DNA of 64,000 nucleotides from Candidatus Helicobacter avicola (GTDB lineage Bacteria; Campylobacterota; Campylobacteria; Campylobacterales; Helicobacteraceae): NCBI GenBank assembly GCA_019112865.1, contig DXIN01000025.1, positions 5,498 to 69,497 of the forward strand, read 5' to 3'. Shown piece by piece: positions 57,031 to 64,000 of this stretch (position 1 is its first letter; each line of letters starts with the position of its first letter). The notes under the pieces were generated by a model. It saw only the letters and a program-made list of their open reading frames with translations, ran no database searches and was not told where the DNA came from. The position numbers and the translations under genes were made by a program.

Positions 57031-58012
57031 TTTTTAATCGCTGCAAACGTTGTGCTTTTTGCTCCAAAAGATTAGTAAATTGTGAATCTTCTATGATGAG
57101 ATTGTTGTGCAAAAAATGCTGTTGGGTTTTGTGCTCATGGTGTATAGCATAGCGATCAAGCAATGTATTAGAATTACCCACAAGCACGACATAGCGGTAG
57201 CCATTGGTCTCGATAGTGAGGATTTTGTTTTTAGAATCCACGCGTTTTTGGGCAATGATTTTGATTGTAGGGTCAAAGGGATTTAGCTCGAAGTGTGTGC
57301 CATTAGGAGAATTTGGCGCGAGATAAGAAGCAAAGGGCTTGGTGTTTTTGCGCAACGAATTTCTTGTCCATAATAAAATAACAATAAGTAACACCATAAT
57401 CCCCACAAGTGCAGCATAACGCCATAAATCCAAATCACCACTTTTCAGGGGGAGAGGCTGTGGAGATTCTTGAGCATTTGTGGGTGTATCGGCTTTGGTG
57501 GGTGGTGTGTTATTGTCCATTGGCGATGATTGAGCAGTGTTGGTAAAATTTGCGCTATCGGGTTTTGGGAGATTTGCAATATCACTAGAAATCCCTGAAT
57601 CTAGCGGCGAGCTTACTGGGAGATTGAGGGATTTGTTCATCAAAAGTTCCAAATGTGAGGGCTGGGCTTTGAGGAAAGTGATTTTGAAAGTTTGTCCTGC
57701 CCTGCTTACTTCAATGTGAATCTGTGTGGAATCACCCACACCCAATACATACAAATCGCTATTGATATTAAAGACTTGTATTTCGGTAAGGAGCGATCCA
57801 CTCACGCGTTTGTTTTGAGGCTGCGCGGTAATGTTTTTGAGGATTACGCCTTTGTATTCATCTTTGGTTGTGATTTGTGGTGTGAGCTCATAAGCAGTGT
57901 CTAGGTAGAGTAAAACTTCGTTTTTTTCTTTGGCTGTGTTGATTTCTACCTTTTGTGCTTGTGTGGCAAAAGCAAGACCAACTCCACACAATAATCCCAA
58001 GATAGCACGCAT
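57014..58012 (-). CDS. fliO: Flagellar export apparatus protein FliO with a long N-terminal periplasmic extension
   Basis: Signal peptide, ~190-aa extension, single TM (LVGIMVLLIVILLW), then a FliO-like C-terminal segment (IKIIAQKRVDSKNKILTIETNGYRYVVLVGNSNTLL). Lies directly downstream of fliN, as in H. pylori. Confidence 0.6.
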   Translation of the reverse strand: MRAILGLLCGVGLAFATQAQKVEINTAKEKNEVLLYLDTAYELTPQITTKDEYKGVILKNITAQPQNKRVSGSLLTEIQVFNINSDLYVLGVGDSTQIHIEVSRAGQTFKITFLKAQPSHLELLMNKSLNLPVSSPLDSGISSDIANLPKPDSANFTNTAQSSPMDNNTPPTKADTPTNAQESPQPLPLKSGDLDLWRYAALVGIMVLLIVILLWTRNSLRKNTKPFASYLAPNSPNGTHFELNPFDPTIKIIAQKRVDSKNKILTIETNGYRYVVLVGNSNTLLDRYAIHHEHKTQQHFLHNNLIIEDSQFTNLLEQKAQRLQRLKNDQNI

Positions 58013-58015
58013 ATC

Positions 58016-58375
58016 CTATACTTTCTCGCGTGTGAGATAATACACAATCGCATTAGAATCCAAAATCTCATTGATACGAATTGCGAGGTTTTTTTCATAC
58101 ACCATTACTTCACCTTTGCCTATCACGCGTCCATTGACAAATGTCTCGATACTCTCACCCGCGGGCTTACCCAAATCAATGATAGAGCCTTTTTCAAATT
58201 TTAAAATCTCATTTAAAGGAAGTTTTGTCGAACCCAACTCGGCTTCAAAGAGCACTTCCATATCGAGCAAACCATTGTAGTTTTGCATCATATCCTCTAG
58301 ATATGTCGCAAGCTCAATTTCCTTGGGTGTGTGGATTCGTTGTTTGTCGAGGATAGATTCTCCGCCCATACTCAC
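58016..58375 (-). CDS. fliN: Flagellar motor switch protein FliN
   Basis: SpoA/FliN C-terminal domain (GSIIDLGKPAGESIETFVNGRVIGKGEVMVYEKNLAIRINEI). Confidence 0.9.
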   Translation of the reverse strand: MSMGGESILDKQRIHTPKEIELATYLEDMMQNYNGLLDMEVLFEAELGSTKLPLNEILKFEKGSIIDLGKPAGESIETFVNGRVIGKGEVMVYEKNLAIRINEILDSNAIVYYLTREKV

Positions 58376-58390
58376 TCCTTATTTTTTAAT

Positions 58391-58465
58391 GCAATTTGCT
58401 GTTGGCAAATTGGTATCACTCGCAGGGAGTAAATCCCTGCTCGCTCCGCTCCGCGAGCATACACC
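58391..58465. repeat. Intergenic repeat unit with hairpin, copy A (tandem pair, 179-bp period)
   Basis: GCAATTTGCTGTTGGCAAATTGG ..., hairpin GCAGGGA-gtaaa-TCCCTGC, ... CCGCGAGCATACAC. Confidence 0.5.
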
Positions 58466-58569
58466 GCATTTTTTGGCGAGATTGCGTAGTTTTTTGGTGT
58501 GAGCGTGTCAGGAACGCGATTTGGGCTAGCTACCTTTTTTATAAACCAACTAGATTCTATCATTCCGTT

Positions 58570-58643
58570 GCAATCTGCTGTTGGCAAACTACTATCGGTA
58601 ATGAGAGCAAAGCTCCCATTACCTCCGCTTCGCGAGCATACAC
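58570..58643. repeat. Intergenic repeat unit with hairpin, copy B
   Basis: GCAATCTGCTGTTGGCAAACTAC ..., hairpin GGTAATGAGAGC-aaa-GCTCCCATTACC, ... TTCGCGAGCATACAC. Confidence 0.5.
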
Positions 58644-58711
58644 TGCCTTTTATAGAATCTAAAGATCTCTTAGATTCTATAATGCCACTTGTAGCTGTAG
58701 ATTCTAGCATT

Positions 58712-59140
58712 TCACACCTTTCTGACATAAATCCCACAATGCCCTCTACCGAGCTTAAAATGCAGACCGCTATCGTAGTCCTTGATGAGCTTGTAGCCTA
58801 GATAGCTAGGCACGGAAATATTAAAGCTCTTATTGCCTTTAGCAATGACTTTAGCGTGTCCTACAATGAGGTTTGCGAGCTCCTTTGCCATATCTTCTAG
58901 GGTAGCTTTATCTGGGTTTGTATCCTCTAGCAATGCCTTTGCAACGATTTTCAAAAATGCCTTATCAAAAAGCAAAAACACATCTTTATCTATCACATCG
59001 CCTTTGAGCATACTTATCTTTGTCAGATACCCTTTTTTTATCGGCAAAATAGAATCTTTTGGAAGTTTGTTGATACTCTCCTGCACGACCTCCAAAAAAC
59101 TTTGGTGAATGATGTCAAAACTCTGTTGATTGGTGTCCAT
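58712..59140 (-). CDS. CheX/CheC-like small protein (possible CheY-P phosphatase fold)
   Basis: Contains DMAKELAN, matching the D/S-x3-E-x2-N phosphatase-family motif, followed ~21 residues later by Pro. Sits beside fliN. Confidence 0.5.
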   Translation of the reverse strand: MDTNQQSFDIIHQSFLEVVQESINKLPKDSILPIKKGYLTKISMLKGDVIDKDVFLLFDKAFLKIVAKALLEDTNPDKATLEDMAKELANLIVGHAKVIAKGNKSFNISVPSYLGYKLIKDYDSGLHFKLGRGHCGIYVRKV

Positions 59141-59189
59141 ATCACGCCCTTTGTGTTTTTAAGATTCTTAAATTATAGGCAGTTTTTGC

Positions 59190-59873
59190 TTATCTTGGCT
59201 TAAAGTTTTGTGTGCTTTTGCACAAATGTTGCACAAAGCATTCTTGACAAAGTGGTTTTTGCGCCTTACAGATATAGCGACCAAAAAGCACAAAAGCTTG
59301 ATGAAGCACACAAAGATGATCTTTAAAAGCTTTTGTGAGTTCAGATTCTGTTTGTAGGGCGGTGGTGGCATCGCTCAAGCCCAATCGATGAGAAGTGCGA
59401 AACACATGGGTATCCACTGCCATAAAGTTTGCTTCAAAAAACTCTATCAATACGACATTAGCGGTTTTTTGTCCCACACCAGCAAGGCTTTTTAACGCTT
59501 CTTGCGTGGTGGGAATCTCTCCGCCATACTCTTGTAGGACTTGGGTTGCCATTTTTTTGAGATTCGTGGCTTTGTTATTAAAAAACGAGATAGATTTGAT
59601 AAGCTCTTTAATCTCCTCCAATGGAGCGTTTGCGAGAGTAGTAATATTTGGGAATCTCGCAAAAAATGCGGGTGTTACGATATTGACGCGTTTATCAGTG
59701 CATTGGGCTGATAGCATCACACACACAAGAAGTTCGTAAAGATTATTATAGTGTAGCTCGGTTTTGGCATTGGCATAGTGTTGTAAAAAGAGAGATTTTA
59801 TCTCTGCTATTTGTGCTTTGGTGGCTTTTTTGATTTTGTGAGTTGGAAGATTGTTTTGGGTTTTTTGTGGCAT
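59190..59873 (-). CDS. nth: Endonuclease III (DNA glycosylase/AP lyase)
   Basis: HhH-GPD motif (LKSLAGVGQKTANVV, VDTHV) and a C-terminal 4Fe-4S cluster CxxxxxxCxxCxxxxxC. ATG at 59873 has an AAAGGA RBS. Confidence 0.92.
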   Translation of the reverse strand: MPQKTQNNLPTHKIKKATKAQIAEIKSLFLQHYANAKTELHYNNLYELLVCVMLSAQCTDKRVNIVTPAFFARFPNITTLANAPLEEIKELIKSISFFNNKATNLKKMATQVLQEYGGEIPTTQEALKSLAGVGQKTANVVLIEFFEANFMAVDTHVFRTSHRLGLSDATTALQTESELTKAFKDHLCVLHQAFVLFGRYICKAQKPLCQECFVQHLCKSTQNFKPR

Positions 59874-59970
59874 AGCTATCCTTTGTGTATGTATGGAATG
59901 TGGCATTATAATACTTTTTATAGCTTTTTGGCTATAATCCTAATAGTTTAGATTTTGTGTGGAGTGCAAT

Positions 59971-61389
59971 ATGGATACAATTATTAATATAGAGAGAGCC
60001 GTGCTTTCAGCGATTTTGTATGCCCCGAGCAATTATGAAGAAGTCGCGGCATTTTTAAATCCCAAGGATTTTTTATATCCCACACACAAAAATGTCTTTG
60101 AAGTGATGCGTGAGTGCGATGCGCTCAACCTCCCACTTGATGAGCAGATTATCTTGCAACGTTCGCAAGGCAAGGTGCGTGAAGAGGAGATTGTAGAGAT
60201 AGCTAGTGCGAGTCCTATCGCCAATATTGAGGCTTATACCAAAGAGATTAAAGAAGCTGCGCTCAAGCGAGAACTCCAAGAATTAGCCAATCTTTTGCGT
60301 GAAAAATCTCTAGATTCACACACCAGCTCACAAGAGATTATGGAAATTGTCGAAAAACGCGTGAGCGACATCGCGCTAGGCAATAGCAATGGTAAAGACT
60401 TTATTGATAGTCCCACACTTGTGGCAGACACGATGAGCTATTTGCTTGAACTCAAAAATCGTGGTAATGAGATTCTAACGGGTGTTACCACAGGATTTTA
60501 TGAACTAAACGACATCACCACAGGCTTTAACAATGGTGATTTGGTCATCATCGGTGCGCGTCCATCAATGGGCAAAACAGCATTTATGCTTAGCATTGCA
60601 CAGAGTATTTTGCACACCGATGTGGGCGTGGCAATTTTTAGCCTTGAGATGCCAGCACTGCAGCTAATGATACGTTTGCTTAGCTCACTTAGCTCCATTT
60701 CTATGCAGAATCTCCGCCGTGGCAATCTCAACGATGCCGAGCTTGAGCAGTTAAGCATCTGCACCGACACGATGGAGAAAAAAGAGCTTTTTATTGACGA
60801 TGGTAGCGTGCTTAATATTGCCCAGCTCCGCTCCAAGCTTCGCAAACTCAAACGCCAACACCCAAATGTAGGTATTGCGATGATTGATTACCTCCAGCTT
60901 ATGGTGGGCGATAGAAACCAGGGCAAACAAATCGAAATTAGCGATATTTCGCGTGGGCTTAAGACTTTAGCGCGAGAACTGCAAATGCCTATCATTGCAC
61001 TCTCCCAGCTTAATCGCGAGCTAGAAAAACGCGATGACAAACGACCTATTCTTTCGGATTTGCGAGATTCGGGAGCGATAGAGCAAGATGCGGATATGAT
61101 TTTATTTCTTTATCGCGATGATGTGTATAAAAAACGCGCCGACAAAGAGCGTAAAGCGCGTTTAGAGAAAGAAGGCAAAGGAGCGGATTTCAAGCCAGAA
61201 TATGAGGAGCGCGATGTGGAGCCTGCCGAAGTGATTGTAGCCAAAAACCGCAATGGTGAGACAAAGACGATTAAGATTCAGTTTAGAAAGCGATTTACGC
61301 GTTTTGAGAATCCAAACAAGACACAAGAAGAGCATAGCGACACAAAACTCGATCACGATGAGATTAAAAATATCATTTCCTCCTACTAA
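59971..61389 (+). CDS. dnaB: Replicative DNA helicase DnaB
   Basis: Walker A GARPSMGKTA, Walker B MIDYLQLM, SQLNRELE, and the arginine-finger region. Start probably at MDTIINIERAVL. Confidence 0.95.
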   Translation: MDTIINIERAVLSAILYAPSNYEEVAAFLNPKDFLYPTHKNVFEVMRECDALNLPLDEQIILQRSQGKVREEEIVEIASASPIANIEAYTKEIKEAALKRELQELANLLREKSLDSHTSSQEIMEIVEKRVSDIALGNSNGKDFIDSPTLVADTMSYLLELKNRGNEILTGVTTGFYELNDITTGFNNGDLVIIGARPSMGKTAFMLSIAQSILHTDVGVAIFSLEMPALQLMIRLLSSLSSISMQNLRRGNLNDAELEQLSICTDTMEKKELFIDDGSVLNIAQLRSKLRKLKRQHPNVGIAMIDYLQLMVGDRNQGKQIEISDISRGLKTLARELQMPIIALSQLNRELEKRDDKRPILSDLRDSGAIEQDADMILFLYRDDVYKKRADKERKARLEKEGKGADFKPEYEERDVEPAEVIVAKNRNGETKTIKIQFRKRFTRFENPNKTQEEHSDTKLDHDEIKNIISSY

Positions 61390-62618
61390 AAATAATCACT
61401 AAAATACGCTTTGCCCTCGGGAATAATATCCTCTAATATATCGATACTCGCCTCATCGGCGTCTAAACGCTCAATCGCTCGGAGATACGAGGGGCGTTTG
61501 TAGCCAAGAAGCATTGTTGTGAGTGTTTGTATAGAGAGTGTGGCATAGTATTGTGTGCCACATTGCTTAGAATCTAGCACTTTGAGATTGACATTATTTC
61601 CCGCAAACTCCAGCACAAAAGCTTTGTTATTCCACTCTAGTATGGTGTCTTCTACAATGAAGCAAAATTCTGTATCAAATGCAATCGTGTCAAAAGGATA
61701 TTGGCGCAAAAACTGCTCCACATCAACTATGCGTGCCATAATATAGGGCTGTATAGATTCGCTAATATGTCCATCTTCGAGCAAAAACGCAAGACTCTCG
61801 TTGCTATAATTCGCCCCTTCAATCCTATCAAACATCGATTGATGGGCGTTGATAAAATGCCAGATTCCATAACGTGCCTCTTGATTGAGCCAAATCATTT
61901 CTTTGATCTTAAACACATCATTATCTAGCAAATACACGATATAGCCGTTAGCATGCCCCGTGGTATCATAATAGAGTGCAATAGAGATATCCTCCACTTC
62001 CCAGCGCCAGTATTCTTCCCAACTTAGAGAATCTCGCAACAGCGCGCCATGTGTGCCAAGCGCAAAGGTATGGTAGAGATTCAAAAAGTCTTTATTATCT
62101 GCATTAACCCTGCGCATAATACCCTCGACCCTTGGGACCTTTGGCACTTGAGAATCTTTAATGGCAAAAGTGATTTTATCACTTACAATTTCCCAGCCCT
62201 TAGAGCGATAATAGGGGATTGAATAGGGATAGAGACACGATATACTCTGCCCACATTCACGCATAATGCCTAATACCTTTTTGATTAAATCATTCATTAA
62301 TCCTATGCCGGAGTATTCAGGATAAGTCGCCACACCTGTGATACCACCCATTTTGTAAATGGTATTGTAGATATTCATCTGCATAGGATAGAGCGCGATT
62401 TGGGAGATGAGATTAGTATCATCAAACCAGCCAAACACCCGTGCATTTCGCAATATAGGATATTTGGCAAGCTTGATTTCTTCACCACTCCAGCCTGCAT
62501 TGAGCAAATCACGTTCGGTTACTTGGAAAGCGTAACGCAAAAGTTTATTGAATTGTTCCAAATGACTATCATCAAGCTCTTTTATACAAAACTGCTCTTT
62601 TAAAGTGCGCGTATCCAT
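61386..62618 (-). CDS. Eis-like GNAT N-acetyltransferase with a C-terminal SCP2-like domain
   Basis: ~410-aa three-domain layout typical of the Eis family. GNAT acetyl-CoA region (VATYPEYSGIGLMNDLIKKVL). Assignment is by overall pattern only. Confidence 0.55.
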   Translation of the reverse strand: MDTRTLKEQFCIKELDDSHLEQFNKLLRYAFQVTERDLLNAGWSGEEIKLAKYPILRNARVFGWFDDTNLISQIALYPMQMNIYNTIYKMGGITGVATYPEYSGIGLMNDLIKKVLGIMRECGQSISCLYPYSIPYYRSKGWEIVSDKITFAIKDSQVPKVPRVEGIMRRVNADNKDFLNLYHTFALGTHGALLRDSLSWEEYWRWEVEDISIALYYDTTGHANGYIVYLLDNDVFKIKEMIWLNQEARYGIWHFINAHQSMFDRIEGANYSNESLAFLLEDGHISESIQPYIMARIVDVEQFLRQYPFDTIAFDTEFCFIVEDTILEWNNKAFVLEFAGNNVNLKVLDSKQCGTQYYATLSIQTLTTMLLGYKRPSYLRAIERLDADEASIDILEDIIPEGKAYFSDYF

Positions 62619-62662
62619 AGGATTCCTTTAAGATTTTGGTAATTTCTTAAGTAATTTTAGCG

Positions 62663-62668
62663 TATAAT
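62663..62668 (+). promoter_or_regulatory. Candidate -10 box (TATAAT) for gmd
   Basis: Exact TATAAT 74 nt upstream of the gmd ATG. Confidence 0.3.
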
Positions 62669-62741
62669 GGGCGGATTTTGTGTTGTGATTATCCCAAAAA
62701 CATCGGGAGCGTTACAACAAACTTGATTTTAAGGATTTGCT

Positions 62742-63851
62742 ATGAAGACTGCACTTATCACAGGTATCACCGGACAAGATGGCGCGTATCTCGCGGAATT
62801 TTTGCTCAAAAAAGGTTATGAGGTGCATGGGATAAAACGCAGAAGCTCACTTTTTAACACTGATAGAATCGATCATCTCTACCAAGACCCCCATGTGGCA
62901 AATCGTAATTTTTTCCTGCATTATGGAGATTTGACAGATTCACTCAATCTCACGCGTATTATCCAAGAGACTAAGCCTGATGAGATTTATAACCTCGCGG
63001 CGATGAGCCATGTGGCAGTGAGTTTTGAGACACCAGAATACACTGCTAATGCTGATGGTATCGGCACACTTAGAATCTTAGAGGCAGTGCGCCTACTAGG
63101 GCTGATAGAAAAGAGCAAGGTTTATCAGGCTTCTACCAGTGAGCTTTATGGGCTTGTGCAGGAAGTTCCACAGAGCGAAAAGACACCATTTTATCCTCGT
63201 TCTCCATACGCGTGTGCGAAACTCTATGCGTATTGGATCACGGTTAATTACCGCGAAGCATATAATATCTTTGCAAGCAATGGAATCCTCTTTAACCACG
63301 AGAGCCCTATACGCGGCGAGACATTTGTAACGCGCAAAATCACGCGTGCGGTGGCAAAGATCGCACTTGGATTACAGGACAAACTCTATTTGGGCAATCT
63401 TAGTGCTAAACGCGATTGGGGTCATGCCAAGGATTATGTGCGTATGATGTGGTTAATCCTCCAAGCTCCTAAGCCCGAGGATTGGGTCATCGCCACAGGC
63501 GTTACTACGGAGGTGCGTGAGTTTGTCAAGATGGCATTTGGTGAGCTTGGTATTGAGATAGAATTCCGTGGTGAGGGTGTAGAAGAGAGGGGCTATATCA
63601 AGGCGTGTAGAGGTGATTTCAAGCTAGAGGTTGGCAAAGAAGTGGTAAGTGTCGATGCGCGGTATTTCCGTCCTACTGAAGTGGATTTGCTCATTGGTGA
63701 TGCGAGCAAGGCACGCGAAAAATTAGGCTGGGTGCCAGAATACGATCTCAAGGCATTAGTCCAAGATATGGTGCAAAGTGATTTGAAACTTATGCAAAAG
63801 GACAAATACCTCAAAGACGGCGGTTATGAGGTATTTAGCTATTTTGAGTGA
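62742..63851 (+). CDS. gmd: GDP-mannose 4,6-dehydratase
   Basis: SDR-extended motifs ([41 protein letters not shown]). Confidence 0.95.
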   Translation: MKTALITGITGQDGAYLAEFLLKKGYEVHGIKRRSSLFNTDRIDHLYQDPHVANRNFFLHYGDLTDSLNLTRIIQETKPDEIYNLAAMSHVAVSFETPEYTANADGIGTLRILEAVRLLGLIEKSKVYQASTSELYGLVQEVPQSEKTPFYPRSPYACAKLYAYWITVNYREAYNIFASNGILFNHESPIRGETFVTRKITRAVAKIALGLQDKLYLGNLSAKRDWGHAKDYVRMMWLILQAPKPEDWVIATGVTTEVREFVKMAFGELGIEIEFRGEGVEERGYIKACRGDFKLEVGKEVVSVDARYFRPTEVDLLIGDASKAREKLGWVPEYDLKALVQDMVQSDLKLMQKDKYLKDGGYEVFSYFE

Positions 63852-64000
63852 TTTTGGCAACGAGAGGTCATTAAAGCCATTGTAAAAGCAAGAGTGCATA
63901 CACCCTTAGAATCTATTTGATTGCACTCCTAATGCTTTGGGTGAAAGAGCTCAAGAGGGACTTTAAGCACAACCTTTTGGGGTTGGAGTAGGGGAGTTAT

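Noticed and set aside
58391..58643. A possible CRISPR array, since direct repeats are present in a spacer.
   Set aside because: There are only two copies, the units are about 75 bp with a 179-bp period, and the internal stems differ between copies. No cas genes occur anywhere in the window.
58372..58737. A 121-aa minus-strand ORF filling the spacer between the cheX-like gene and fliN.
   Set aside because: It is composed of the tandem intergenic repeat units and palindromes. It overlaps both neighbouring genes, and no RBS or domain is recognisable. It is probably a by-product of repeat sequence.
59971..61389. An intein or mobile insertion in dnaB.
   Set aside because: The protein is only 472-476 aa. 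The single extra segment is about 25-32 charged residues with no intein splicing motifs, matching the known Helicobacter-type DnaB insertion.

Overview
The window is a 64-kb chromosomal segment that looks like a non-pylori (enterohepatic-type) Helicobacter. This rests on gene content and local synteny only (nth / cheX-like / fliN / fliO / tonB; yhdP-like / mltG / oorDABC; rpsA / hyp / serA; leuABCD present), since no database search was possible. Most of it is densely packed housekeeping genes: pepA, ychF, leuABCD, efp, fba, rpsA, serA, nhaA, yajC-secDF, nrdB, pcm, truA, oorDABC, dnaB, gmd and others. I recognised no rRNA, tRNA, CRISPR array, transposase or integrase.

Four things stand out.

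1. **Phosphonate block (about 8.3-18.4 kb).** An accessory block of about 10 kb sits between leuA and a cetB-like PAS gene. It encodes a Fom1/Fom2/FomC-like trio: a cytidylyltransferase-PEP mutase fusion, a phosphonopyruvate decarboxylase and an Fe-alcohol dehydrogenase. The predicted product is CMP-activated 2-hydroxyethylphosphonate. The same block carries a TagF-like phosphotransferase, a YidC-like/LtaS-like fusion protein and a SAM methyltransferase. Two poly-G tracts lie within it.
2. **In-frame palindromic repeat element.** A MITE-like element of about 400-520 bp, or fragments of it, sits in frame inside at least four coding sequences. This resembles Rickettsia palindromic elements.
3. 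**Over-represented palindromic motif.** TAGAWTCTA (core AGAATCT/AGATTCT) occurs roughly 150 times by my manual tally, against about a dozen expected from base composition.
4. **A third homopolymer switch.** A C9 tract splits a ferredoxin/FrhB-like polysaccharide pyruvyl-transferase gene.

Element boundaries are by-eye estimates (about +/-15 bp). All functional calls come from motif recognition, not searches.
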